From contig NC_043010.1 of NCBI RefSeq assembly GCF_006345805.1, forward strand, positions 6,386,001 through 6,450,000: a stretch of DNA of 64,000 nucleotides, read 5' to 3'. Under the pieces are notes generated by a model that had not been told where the DNA came from, searched no databases, and saw only the letters and a program-made list of their open reading frames with translations. A program made the position numbers and the translations under genes. Positions 26,635 to 40,831 of the stretch are shown piece after piece (the stretch's first letter is position 1; every line of letters starts with the position of its first letter). The DNA comes from Octopus sinensis. Taxonomy: Eukaryota.

Positions 26635-29004
26635 CTGCTGAGTAACTGGAGTAAGATCTTGCAGCTGTACACCTGTTTCTAAGCCTTTCCAATTATTTTC
26701 AGAAGTTTTCTTTAATAAGGTACCTTCAAAGATTCTATCATTACTAACATCTTGGGCTGTAGTAAAAGTTGCATCATACTGTGATTGACAGGCATATTCT
26801 GATTCTCCCATTTCAGTAATAAACTTGTCATTGACATCAATTAAAGTATCGTTTTGGTTCCTTCTTATGATGCACGTTGTTACAGAAACTACAATAGCCA
26901 CAGATACTATCACTGCAGCCACTACTATAATAATCATCAAGTTTATATGTATTCTGTTGTCTGATTCCGTGTCTTCAGCTGTGTACATTCTGGCTGTTGT
27001 ATTACTAACAGTTAGTGACAAAGATAGTGTGGTCGTTGCTGATAAAATTGGTGTACCACTGTCTTTGACTGCTAATTTTATGTTATATGATCCAGCATCG
27101 TTTTGGTAAACTGTACGAGAGAAAGATAAAATTCCTGTGTAAGGGTTGACTGTAAATAGCTGTTTGTTATTACCGCCAAGTATTTCATACCTGAGGAAAG
27201 AGTTTACATGACTGTCTCTATCAGAGGCTCTTAATGTTGTGATGTCACTCTTACTCTGTGGATGGTAGTGGACGTCTATATTAAAAGGGTCAAAACTAGG
27301 AAATGTAAAATATGGGGCATTGTCGTTTTTGTCCATAACTTCTATGATAATATTTGCTGTACTACTGAGAGACGGTACTCCATTGTCTTTAACAATAACT
27401 TTCATATTATATATTTCCTGTTTCTCTCGGTCCAACGACTGAGTTGTAGCTATAAATCCAAAATTGGAAATCTTAAAAGGAAAAAAGTTATTATCATCTA
27501 AAAATGAATATGTTAGTTTACCCCCTGGTCCTAGATCAGGATCTGTTGCATTTATAAGACCGACTGGAAAATTTGAGTCTTCATTTTCGTAAGTTAGAAA
27601 TTTGAAAGTGTTTTTTGTGAAGCTTGGTTGCACATCATTGACATCCATTATTTTTATTAAGAATTTCTTTTCTGTCTGGAGCGGTGGTGAACCTTTGTCT
27701 TCACAAATTATTATAAAGTCTGTATAGTCTTCAATTTCTCTGTTTACTGTTTTTTGAACCACGACTTTGTATTTCTTTCTCCCCATTTTCTGAAGCATGA
27801 ATTTATTATGTTTGAGTTTACACTCCACCTCACCATTCTGTCCAATGTCATTGTCTGTGATTTTCACATAAGCTATAAAGCTGCCAACTTCAATATCTTC
27901 AGAAATGGTAGCTTTGTTTTCAGCTGTTTTAGAGAAAAATTTTACATTTATTTTTGGTGGATTATTTTCATGGTTAATCATATTTATAAAAACTATAGCA
28001 GTAGCTCGCATTGGAGGATTTCCACCATCTTTAGCATCAATAAACAACTGGTAGTTTTGTTTCATTTCACTTTGAAAATGTTGACTTAGCAATATTTCAC
28101 CTGTTTCAGCATTTAATCTGAAATATCTTTTCGAAGGTTCTGTCATCTTAGAGCTAAATGAATAGGTAACTTTACCATTTTTACCTTTATCATTGTCAGT
28201 TGCCGAGAGCTTGACAATTGGATGGCTTCTTTCTTGTGTGTTTCTTAAGGATATATTATACAAAGTCTTAGTGAATACTGGAGAATTATCATTCTCATCT
28301 GTCACAGATATCTGAACATATAAAACACCATTTTGAGGAGGCGAGCCTTTATCTTTTGCAACAACTTCAAGGTTATATGTATCTCTAATTTCCCGATTGA
28401 GTCTTTTAATTAGAATTATTTCGAGTTTTGAAGCTCCATCAACCGTCTTTAAAACAGATAAATTGAATGGGTCATCCAGATCCTTCTTTAGATAATATAC
28501 AATCTGGGAATTTAAAATACTAACATCTCTGTCAATAGCGTTTGGTATTGATTTTGCCATTCCTATAGCATCACCTTCAGAGAACTCAAGATTAATCTTA
28601 TCATTAGCAAATTCTGGCTGATGGTCATTTATATCTTCTATTAAAACTTTTATTTCTAATATTTTCACAAAAGATTTCTTATTTTGCACTGCAATCTCAA
28701 TGATTTTACTGCACTCTTTATTATATTTACAAAGAGGCTCAGCATCCAATATCTGAGATGTGTATAATCTTCCGGTTTTGGAGACATTGAATAACTGTGA
28801 ATTAACAGCTGTGTTCTCTTGTAGCAGGCTGAAACGGATGAAACTGTGGTCCCTTGGTGGAATGCTGCGCAGTACTTCAGTATCAGAAGCAATATCACCG
28901 ATAAAAAGACCAGGGCTCTGACCTTCTTTCACATGGTATGTAAAGTCTATACAGAAAGAATAATCCAAAAGAAGTAATAGCAGTACACATACGTGTAGAT
29001 ACAT
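26635..29004 (-). CDS. Pcdh: Protocadherin, large coding exon: signal peptide, 6 cadherin repeats, TM helix, N-terminal part of cytoplasmic tail (790 codons, continues in a downstream exon)
   Basis: 832-aa ORF with hydrophobic leader (MYLHVCVLLLLLLDYSFC), repeated cadherin motifs (DINDHQPEF, DRD, LNRE, DENDNSPVF, ATDND, DVNDVQPSF, ATDPD, LDRE, DKNDNAPYF, ASDRD, VKDSG) and TM NLMIIIVVAAVIVSVAIVVSVTTCII. First ATG is 29004 (the track start at 29010 is GTG). Consensus donor CAG|GTAAGA at 26635/26634, phase 0. Symbol is family-level only. Confidence 0.95.
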
Positions 29005-29046
29005 TGTCACTGACTTCAGTCGTTGCAGTAAGTTAATGCTGGAGAT

Positions 29047-29062
29047 CTGTGCAAGAGATTTT
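29047..29062 (-). other. 3' splice acceptor in the 5'UTR of the protocadherin (exon starts at 29046)
   Basis: Minus strand reads aaatctcttgcacAG|ATCTCC, 42 nt upstream of the ATG. Confidence 0.65.
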
Positions 29063-29164
29063 CTTTTCTCTTATTTAAACCACAGTTCACTGGCCTGAAA
29101 GTAAATTTTATACTCTAGAAACCTGAATATACAAACATTTGTGCACAAGTATCTATATAACTTT

Positions 29165-29901
29165 GTTTGTATGTATGTATGTATGTATGTATGTATGTAT
29201 GTATGTATGTATGTATATATGTATGTATGTACATACATATGTATGTAAGTATGTATGTACGTACGTATGTACGTACGTACGTATGTATGTATGTATGTAT
29301 GTATGTACGTACGTATGTATGTATGTATGTACGTATGTATGTATGTATGTATTTATGTATGTAAGAAGAAATGGCTGTATGTATACATGTGTGGTTGTAT
29401 GCATCATGAATACATGCATATATGTGTGTATATATGTATGTGCATATGTATGAACACATGCATCTATATACATTTATGTGTGTATTTATCTATATATATG
29501 TTTATGTATGTGTGTATATATATGTGTGTGTGTGTGTGTGTGTATCTATCTATCTATCTAGGTATGTGAGCATATATATATATTATATATATGTATATGT
29601 ATATGCATATATTTAAATACATATGTGTGTATGTCTGTATATACATGTGTATACATAGACACATACAAATGATAATCACAACAACAATAATAATACTAAT
29701 TTTATTGAAAATGTATTGATTGATTCTAGTTTCAGCCCATGAGCTGTGGCCATGCTGGGGCACTGCCATTCAAAGTCTTGCCAGTCTGACATGGTCAAAT
29801 ACTGATAGAACTTTGAAATCATTGTCAAAATTATTATAAATTTCTGAACCTAGACTTGTAGTGGCCCCATTTTTCAGTTAAAGGTTATAGATTTTGTACT
29901 G

Positions 29902-29935
<34 letters not shown>

Positions 29936-30103
29936 TCACACACACTCACACACACATACATACACACACATACACACACACACATATATATATAAACATA
30001 TACATGTGCATCTATCCACACATCCACACACTCACGCACACACATTGGCACACACATACATTGTATTATATGTATATACATATATATATGTATATGTATG
30101 TAT

Positions 30104-30159
<56 letters not shown>

Positions 30160-30610
30160 ATATACACACATACAAATGTATATATGCATGTGTGACTCTG
30201 TGTGTGTACATGCATGCATACACACAGAAAGGCATATACTTTCACTCACTCGTACACACATGCACACATGCACACACACACGCACGTAAACACGCACGCA
30301 CGCACACACACACACACACACACACTCACACACACACACAAGAACACACACACACACAAGCACACACACACATTTACTCTATATATTTCTAATTTTCCAT
30401 TCTTGGAGATAAAATCTTTGGAAACAAATAGAAATTCAAAATATGTTAGCTGAACATGAAAATTCAATTATTATTTTTTTTATTATTTTTATTTTCAAGA
30501 TAGACTCAGTCAATTAGTTCAATCAGCTATAGACTGATTGGATTACCTTGGTTTAAAAAAACCTATACATACTTACATACACACACATATATATATATAT
30601 GTATATATAT

Positions 30611-30669
<59 letters not shown>

Positions 30670-30910
30670 TAGATAGATAGATAAATAGATATAGATATAT
30701 ATATAGTCTTCATCTAGTTGCTCTGTTATAACTGAGTTTAAACTAACGGTATTGATTATTCTGAGCCCCGCCAACCTCTTTCACTGCCACAATCAGCCAC
30801 AACCGAATTGAAAACAATTCAATGCTTAAAGTCATGTATACAACAAACTAATCTGACATTCTCTCAGACCCCCTACGTGTGTGCATACATGTGCGTGTGT
30901 ATATATTTAC

Positions 30911-30941
<31 letters not shown>

Positions 30942-31520
30942 CACACATACAAACACACACATATATATGTATATATATATATATATATATAATATATATA
31001 TGCATACATATATCATATATATATGTGGTGTGTGTATATATATACATATATATATATACATACACACACACACACATATATAATATATATGTATAGGTAT
31101 ATTTTTGCATCTAACTACATGTGTGTGCATGTGTGCATGTACATGCTTGTATATATACATGTTTTCATATATATGCATGTGTGTGTGTGTAAATATATAC
31201 ATACACACACACCACACACACACACATATACATAATGTATCATCTAAACATTGATGTATGTATGACATTTACATACGTATATGCAAACATGCATACACAT
31301 ACCAACACATATTCATACATACATTCATTCATACATACATACATACATACATACACACTTACATACATACATACATACATACATGCATGCATACATACAT
31401 ACATACATACATACATACATACATACATAATACATACATACATACATACATACATACATACATACATACATACATACATACATACATACATGCATGCATG
31501 CATGCCTACATACATACACA

Positions 31521-31558
<38 letters not shown>

Positions 31559-33221
31559 GTATATGCACACATGTTTACTGTGTATCAGAATTCCTGATCA
31601 GAATCTAAAATGTATTAACTTCAGTGGAAAATAATTACATTTTTCATTGATTTTCTTCCCCCCCCACGTCTTCTTCCTTTCCCTTTTTCTTTTTTTTTTT
31701 CTCTAACTTCAGTAGTTTGGGCAGTTGGTGGAACATTAGCATTTCCAAGAGAAAAAAAAAAAAAGAAAAAGAAATGGAAAATGCAAGCAAAAAAGTTATT
31801 ATGTTAGATTCCACAGAATTTAGTTTGGTAAATATTTCTATATTCATTGCTAGATATACCGACAAATTAGAAATCTCAAGAATTGAATACAGTGAGAATC
31901 TGAAGTTATGAAGCTGTTATTTTTTTTTTTTCCAGATACAGTATATTTCTTGGATTTCATTTTTTCTCAAGTATACACCATACAGAAAGTCTTTGTCCAT
32001 AGCAGAAAATCTCATTTAGTTTGCTTATTTGAACTCAAATTACATGCACAATAACTTTTTGCATCTGTACCTATTACACATAGATATGCATATATATATA
32101 TATATATATACATGTGTGTTTGTGTTTGTATGTATCAGTTTGGGAGTTTATGTTTATATCTATATATGTGTGTGTGTGTGTGTGTTTGTATGTGTATACA
32201 TAATAGACAGACAGATAGACATTCAGTTATGCACACACATATGTAAGCATACACAAATACATTGAAATGTAATTTCATGTATATGCATCATACATATCTA
32301 TCCTGTTATTTGCAAATAGTTTTATCATTACATTTACACCTAAACTATCAATATTTTCAAATATTCAACTGGAAAATTAATTTTCCTTGAAGAACTTTGT
32401 ATGAAAATTGTAATTATACAGAAGACTATCAGAAAACTATTGAAAAACAATTTTTTTTTTTCAGGTGTTAATTCAAAATTACTAATTGCTTATATTATCT
32501 TTTATTTTATTTCTGTTCTTGTTCTTTGTTTTCATTCCAAAATAAGAAATAGTATCAGTCATTAAAATTTGGTAAAAAAAATAATAAATAAATAAAATAA
32601 ATATGAAAAAGGAAAACGACAAGAATCATAAAGAAATATCGTTTTGATGAAGTGCAACACATGCTATTTCTTGATGCCCAAACTATGTGATATCACTGAT
32701 GTGATATCAATTGTGTGCTCGCTTCTCTCATAAACATATTGAATGTAAAACTTTTAGGAATTGTGTAAACATTGGATTTTTAATTCTAGAGTGAGAAGGA
32801 AAATATATATATAATTGATAAATATTTATTGAATAATGGATACATTATTTATCATGTATCTTAGTGTCTATATGTTTAGGTATTAACTGAAAGTTCAAAA
32901 GTGGAAAGTTAAAAAATATTTTTAAAAAACCTCAGAAACATTAAAATGTTTCAACTGTTACTGTAAATAATGTTACTGTAAAAATTTTGGTCTAATTTTT
33001 TCTTTTGATCAACGCTGCATACACACACGTGTTTGTGTGTGTGTGAGTGTGTGTGAATGTGTGTGCGTGTGTGTGAGGGCATGCGTGTGTGTGTGTCTGT
33101 GCATATATGTGCATGTGTGTGCACACATCTGTATATGCGTGTGCATGCACGTGTGTATGTGTGTATGTATGCATGTATATATGTGCATGTTTGTGTGCGT
33201 ATATATATATATGTATATATG

Positions 33222-33255
<34 letters not shown>

Positions 33256-33349
33256 ATATATATTATATATATAATATATATATATTTATATCTATATGTA
33301 TATATATGTATATATATGTGTATATATATATATATATTCATATAAATAT

Positions 33350-33383
<34 letters not shown>

Positions 33384-33600
33384 CATACATTTACATATAT
33401 ATATGTGTGTGTGTGTGTGTGTAATATATATATATGTATTCACACAGGTACAAAACACCCATAAACACATATACACACATGTATGTATGTATATTTATAT
33501 ATATATATATATATACATGTATATACATATCTATACAAAAATTCATATATGTGTATGTGTATGTTTGTACACATACACAATACAGACATATATACACATT
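29165..33600. repeat. Microsatellite-filled putative first intron: (TATG)n, (TA)n, (CA)n, (TACA)n
   Basis: Direct reading. Confidence 0.85.
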
Positions 33601-33662
33601 TATATTAGTTTAAAAGTATGCAGTGGTTAGTAAAAGTAGCAACGTAAGAAGTAAACCTCAGC

Positions 33663-33975
33663 ACTTACCAAAAATTCGAAGAGTTTCCTGACTTCGCTCT
33701 GTGTGCGTGTGTATCCTGCAGTAGAGTTGTTTACTGACTGCTGCTCATGTATGGTAACAGTACTACGTAGCTTGACTGTATTGATGTTTGTGCAAGAGGA
33801 TGAGGAAGATATGAAAAAGAGTAAGAGACAGAAGGAGCGTGCAAGAGAGAGACTGACGCGTGAGAGTGAGTGGATGTCTAGTCTATGAAAGTTGAACAGA
33901 GATGAATGAAACAGAAAAGTAAAGAGGGGTTTTTGCAACTCCCAGCAAGTAATGTGTGCTGTTCAGCCAATGACA
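33663..33975 (-). promoter_or_regulatory. Candidate non-coding first exon and promoter of the protocadherin
   Basis: Perfect donor TTG|GTAAGT at 33669/33668 in a unique, CpG-containing island between microsatellites; TGACGCGTGA at 33854-33863; CCAAT at 33967-33971. Link to the 29047 acceptor (4.6-kb intron) is inferred. Confidence 0.45.
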
Positions 33976-34228
33976 GACTGGTAGAGGTTTGAAAGAGAGA
34001 AGGAGGAGGAGGATGAGAAAAGTGATAGTTAAAATAAAGAGAGACAGAGTAAAAGAATCAAATCCTTCTCCTAATATTGCATCAATGAACATTTAAAGAG
34101 AGGGGATGAGTCACAATAAAAGTCTTATCTACATTTCTCACTTTATGTATGATGACAGAACAATCACTTTTATAACTTACACTATCAAAAAAAATCTCTT
34201 TCTTGGATTATCCATTGTATATGCATAC

Positions 34229-34259
<31 letters not shown>

Positions 34260-35069
34260 TATATACATGTGTATATATATGTATGTGTGTGTGAGTGTGT
34301 GTATCTGCTTATCTATTTATCTATCTATACACACACACATATGTATTTATATACATGTACATACATGTATATATACTCACACACAAACATATATACATCT
34401 ATATATACTCACATAAATATCTGTTTGAGTATACACACACACACATCAATTAAACAACTGACTTTGTCATTTAGTTTTTGTTATAATTTTCAAATTTTTT
34501 TTTTTACAATTTATACTGAATGCTTTCTTTCCCAGCAAAGAATTATTATTATTGCCACTACTATTACTACTATTACTACTGTTACTACTAATAATGACAA
34601 TCATAATCATATTATGCAAACCACGAATAATATAGATATCAATGATAAGGAATTCTTTTATTTGCCACAGGAGCAATAGATGGAGTGAATATCAGAAAGA
34701 TAAATTTTTCAAAAAAGAAATGATGTGTGGGATGTGTTACAATGGATATAAAAGGTAAATGACAACTGGAAATGAACATAAGAATAAATTGATAACATGA
34801 TATGGAGAAGTTAATGATGATGATGATGATGATGATGATGATAACGATCCTTTTTACAATAGGCACAGGACCTGAAATTTTTCGGGGAGGGAGCTAGTTG
34901 ATTTCTTTGACCTCCCACCAGTGCTCAAATGGTACTTGTTTCATTGAGATCAATAGGATGGGAAAGGTGGAGATGATTTCAGTTTTTCATTTTATTTAAA
35001 GTCGGAATGTTAGAGTCAGAAGAAATATTGCTAAGTGTTTTGTTCAGCATGCTAACGATTCTGCTAAAT

Positions 35070-35429
<360 letters not shown>

Positions 35430-35430
<1 letters not shown>

Positions 35431-35570
35431 TGTGATCCAGAAGGCAGCATTGTTGGGTACAGAAAAACATGTTAAGAATATTGGAGCTGCTGTCAGGCTC
35501 GAGGTGATCCAGAGGAGAGCATCGTTGGGTACAGCTCACATTCTAAAGGGAGTATTGTCTCTTTGAGTCA
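35430..35570 (+). mobile_element. Extreme 3' fragment of an R4/Dong-like LINE next to a (TAA)n tract
   Basis: VIQKAALLGT and KNIGAAVRLEVIQRRASLGTAHILKGVLSL*. Confidence 0.55.
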
Positions 35571-36366
35571 CAGGAGAAGGCAATACTTGAAACCTTTGGT
35601 AATTTGTTATTAACTGCTTTCAAGCAAAGAATAACCGGTAATTAAGAACTATCCAAGAGTCTTTCAGAATAACACCAACAACAATAGCAACAATAATAAT
35701 AATCCTTTCTAATAAAGGCACAAGGCCTGGAATTTTGGGGGAGGGGACCATTTAATGTAATCGACCCCAATGTTTCACTGGTACTTAATTTATCAACCTT
35801 GAAAACATGGAAGGCAAAGTCACCCTTGGCAGAATTTGAACTCAGAACGTGAAGACAGATGAAATACTGCTAAGCATTTTGCCCAGCGGACTAATGTTTC
35901 TGCCAGCTTGCCACCACAATAATAATAATAATAATAATAATAATATAATAATAATAATAATATAATAATAATAATAATAACAGATGGTTCCTGATTTAAG
36001 CACCAGGTCAGAAATTTTGAGAGGAGGGGGTGTAGTTGACATCAATCCCAGTGCTTGACTGGTGCTTCTTTTATCAACCTCCAAAAGGATGCAAAGCAAA
36101 AATGACCCAGTGAGATTTAAATTCCGACCCATAATATAACAAGCTACATCAAATAATGACAGGTACTTTCTCCAGCACCCTTATATATCTTTGAATCCAC
36201 AACTCATAATGGTTTTTAAAAAGGGGCAATTGTGCCTGGAATTTTGTTGAAGAGGAGTTAGCCAAATAAATTAACCCCAGTGCTCGACTGATACTTTTTT
36301 ACAATTCTATATTGCTGAGATGAGATCTTTATGTAATGTAATACTGTTTATATTACTCAGACTGAT

Positions 36367-36776
36367 ACTCTTTACTCTCTCTTTTACTCTTTTACTCTTT
36401 TACTTGTTTCAGTCATTTGACTGCGGCCATGCTGGAGCACCGCCTTTAGTCGAGCAAATCGACCCTGGGACTTATTCTTTGTAAGCCCAGTACTTATTCT
36501 ATCGGTCTCTTTTGCCGAAACGCTAAGTGACGGGGACATAATCACATCAGCATCGGTTGTCAAGCAATGCTAGGGGGACAGACACAGACACACATACATA
36601 TATGTATATATACATACGACAGGCTTCTTTCAGTTTCTGTCTACCAAATCCACTCACAAGGCATTGGTTGGCCCGGGGCTATAGCAGAAGACACTTGCCC
36701 AAGATGCCACGCAGTGGGAATGAACCCGGAACCATGTGGTTGGTTAGCAAGCTACTTACCACACAGCCACTCCCGC
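36367..36776 (-). mobile_element. SINE family A, full length
   Basis: Near-identical to other family A copies, with (gagtaaaa)n tail. Confidence 0.9.
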
Positions 36777-36856
36777 TGTTGCTTTCACTATGTTTTGACT
36801 GTTGTATGCTCCAGCTTTCTTCAGATGTCTGGTGTTGAACTTGGTTGCAGCATCAG

Positions 36857-37283
36857 AACGTGGCTTTGTGGTAAGAAGTTTGCTTCCCAAATAAATGGTT
36901 CTGGATTCAGTCTCATTGCTTGGCACCTTGGGCAAATGTTTTCTACTATAGCCTCAAGCAGACCAAAGTCTCGCGTGTGGATTTGGTAGACGGAAATTGA
37001 AAGGAGCTCATCATATATGTGTGTGTGTGAAAGTATGTATGTGTGTGTGTGTGTGAGTGTGTCTTTGTGTCTGTGTTTGTCCCTCACTACCACTTGACAA
37101 CCGGTGATGGTGTGTTTATGTCTCCATAATTTAGTGTTTCAGTAAAAGACACAGATAGAATAAGTACAAGGCTTAAAGAGAAAATAAGTACTGGGGTTGA
37201 TTAGTTTGACTAAAATTCCTCTAGGTGGTGCCCCAGCATGGTCGCAGTCTAATGACTGAAATTAGTAAAAGTATAAAACAATA
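36857..37283 (+). mobile_element. SINE family A, older diverged copy
   Basis: Same head, body and tail order with many substitutions. Confidence 0.8.
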
Positions 37284-37864
37284 AAAGAAAAACCTTTTAT
37301 CTGATCTACAGGGGTGCACTGTTCTCATTCCACTTACTGTTTCCTGACACTAATTGCTTCAGTAGAATTATGTGAATTACCTAAGTGCCTTGCGTGAAGT
37401 GTACAACAGCCAAAACATAGTGAAAGTTAAAGCCAAGATGAAGGCACTTGTCCAACTAATATTACCAGAATACATAATACTTTATTTTATTTTACCAGGA
37501 GATATGAAAGGCAAAGTTGTAACCAGGGGGATTTGAACTCAAAATATAAAGAGTTGGAACAAATAGCATAAAGTAATTTTTTTTTTCAACTCCTTAACAG
37601 TTCTGCCAATCCTCCAGTAGTGACCTGGGAACGAAATTTGCTTCAGGGGTTCAAACTCAGGTCCAATTTTTTTACAAACAAAGCTGGCTTTTTTTCATCT
37701 AAATATCAAAACAAACACAGGTATAATAATATTTATTATTGTTATATATGGAAAAGTAATACTTCAAATCACTCCAAAATTTTTTCTATGCTTGTTCGTT
37801 TTGGTGATGAAGTTTTCCTAGAGGATGTCCAACGTCTTTTCATTGCACAAGTTTTTATGTACTT

Positions 37865-37995
37865 TGGCATTAGGAAGGGCATCCAGCTGTAGAAACTCTG
37901 CCAGATCAGATTGGTGTCTGGTTCACCAGACCTCAGTCAAATCGTCCAACCCATGCTAGCATGGAAAGCGGACGTTAAACGATGATGATGATGAA
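37865..37995 (+). mobile_element. Family C retroposon 3' fragment
   Basis: ggcattaggaagggcatccagc...catgctagcatggaaagcggacgttaaacgatgatg, near-identical to 17243-17400. Confidence 0.7.
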
Positions 37996-38009
37996 GATGC
38001 ATTACAGCA

Positions 38010-39100
38010 CAGTGTATCAGACGATGTTGCATCATTGTGGTACAGAGTCAGGCCTTCAAACAGCAAAGTGTGATGGACATTCTCTTGCTTGATGCAACAG
38101 ACTCCAGCTTGCAACATGATGACATTTTCATCACAAAGGTTGGTCCAGCATTCAGAAGAATGGTGCTCTGGTGAACAAAGTTCAATGCGTCAGTGACTAT
38201 GGTAACCATAGATTCAACTTCTTGGAGGACAAAGTCCAAAAAGTGGTTTCCTAAGCATACGAAATATGTACCAGGAAACATGTCTTTTAATCTCTTTTGT
38301 ATTCCTGAAATGTTTCCGCTCATGGTACATGTTACCATCAAAGGCAAAAGCAGCATAATTTTGCGCTCAGAGAAATGTTTAGGCGACCAAAAACATCCAG
38401 AATAACCTTAGTCAGTGTCTCTGAAATGTAGTCAGGAGGATTATAAAAGCCAAGAAAGTCTTTGTGGAATTCCTGGTTTTCAGAAACATGACAACAATAA
38501 TTGATTGTTGTTCTATGACAGAGAAATCACGTATAATACCAATAAACATGGCATATTCAACCGTTTCTCTGATCTCATGTTGGGTGTTATAAGAATATGC
38601 CTTAAGGATTTCATTTTGTATGGTATCAGAGAGGAAATTCACCCTTTCTTTAAGCTGCTGATGTACTTCTGCTCCTCATTCTTCAGCAAGTTCTTTTATG
38701 AGATTTACAAAGTTTTCTGTTATATGGTATTAGCTTTCTCTTCAAAGATGAAACTAGTAACTTCTTTTAGCTTTTACTAAGAATATTCCTTGATTTCTCA
38801 ATGATAGATCTGCGAACAGCCATTATCTTTCACTAAGGATTTCCTTAATTCTCTGATCGTGAAAGTGCTAACCTCTGTTATCTTTCACTAAGGATGTTCC
38901 TTAATTCATTGATGAACAGGTAACTTCTTATATCCTTTATTAAAGATATTCCTTAATTCTTTATCTCTTAAGATGGAATAATTGGCTTACATGGAAAGCT
39001 TTGCTCAATGACATATGATCCTCATGCTTAGCTAATCTTGAAACAACTGTAAGAAACTTTACGAACCATTTCTTAATCCTATATTTACTATAGCTACTCT
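38010..39100 (-). mobile_element. Decayed hAT transposase (ZMYM1/DUF4371-like)
   Basis: Fragments NFLSDTIQNEIL...FIGII..EQQSI and TMSGNISGIQKRLKDMFPGTYFVCLGNHFLDFVLQE resemble the YLSxxIQNE, EQxSI and MSGxxxGVQ..HCxNHxLNLV motifs; frameshifts and stops. Confidence 0.75.
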
Positions 39101-39402
39101 GTAATTATGTTTAAATTATAAATTACATGCTCTAAAGTGATACCACATGATTTATTTGTTCATCTCTCTTTCTAATATATATCTACCAGCTCAAGGATGA
39201 ACCACTTATAGCCATCTTTAGTAGGCGATCTCAACAACACAATTGTTTCAGATGCTGTTCAAGCTGCAGTTTTAGTGGTAAACCAGCTTAAGCACTTATA
39301 GTACATACCTACTACATCATGTCATTAGACAAAGTCTTTTAAATCTATACATATATATATAGTTATGGTATATTATGGTATGTTGACACAAATTTTCTCA
39401 AT

Positions 39403-39442
<40 letters not shown>

Positions 39443-39513
39443 GTGTGTATGTATTTATATGCTAGCATGGAAAACGGACGTTAAACGATGATGATGATGA
39501 TGATGATGATATA

Positions 39514-39544
<31 letters not shown>

Positions 39545-39708
39545 ATATATATATAGTTATGGTATATCATGGTATGTTGACACAAATTTTTTCAATTATA
39601 TATATGTGCATATGTGTGTATGTGTGTGTGTGTGTGGTGTGTGTGTGTGTGTGTGTGTGGTGTGTGTGTGTGTGTGTGTGTGTGCGTGTGTGTGTGTTGT
39701 GTATATAT

Positions 39709-39773
<65 letters not shown>

Positions 39774-40340
39774 AGTATTCATATTTGTGATTGAGGGTGG
39801 TCAGAGTTCTGAGTAGCACATAGCATGACATGTACTTTCACATCCAAACTTTGAACTCAGAGAATAAAATGCTACAAAGCATTTATTTGTATGTATATAT
39901 GTACGTATGTATGTATGTATGTATGTATGTATGTATATATGTATGTATGTATGTATGTAGAAGTCCTAAAGCCATAGAGTCATAAGGCCAGTTTCCTGGA
40001 TTGAGTGGCATATATGTAAATTGGGAAGCCAGTCTGTTACAGGATTGCTCATTACTGCTAGCAGATTGGACTGGAATAATGTGAAATGAAGTGTTTTGCT
40101 CAAGAACACTATGCCTCAAAAAGTGAACCCCCGATCTTACTATCATAAGTGCAACACCCTCACCACTGAACTATGCACCCTGCCATATGCTTATATATAC
40201 ATTATATACATACATATACACATATACATACATAGATACTTATATATATATATATGTATGTATGTATGTATATAATGTATATATATATACAAGATGTATA
40301 TATAATGAACATATATGTATATATATATATATATATATAA

Positions 40341-40549
40341 CGGGAAAGTTTACGAAAATAAGCAAAAGATGAAGGCAGGTGGAGTACAAACAAACAAATG
40401 TATTAGTATGGCGCTCAGGAATAGAAACAGAAAAAGTCTTTTACGTTTCGAGCCTACGCTCTTCGACAGAAAGATACACAGAAAAAAACAAAGAGAGAAA
40501 CAAGGAGAGAAAAAAATGTGTGTAGGAGCTAACGATCTATCATGGCGTC

Positions 40550-40550
<1 letters not shown>
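40341..40550. mobile_element. Penelope-like terminal fragment
   Basis: tacgtttcgagcctacgctcttcgacagaaag resembles PLE terminal-repeat signature; related sequence at 60249-60460. Confidence 0.45.
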
Positions 40551-40592
<42 letters not shown>

Positions 40593-40831
40593 TGTATGTA
40601 TGTACATACAGATGCACACACATATACACAAACACACACAAATATTCATCCACATATGTGTGCTCATGTGTTTGTATATATGCATATGTATGTGGTGTGT
40701 GTGTGCGCGTGTGCGTGTTATTTTGACTCCGGACTTTAAATTTCAGCTGACAGCTAATTCAGTCACTATACTCTTAGTATGAGTAAATATTCTGCTTTCA
40801 GTCTTAAAATTGTTTTAAAAAATAATCTTAT

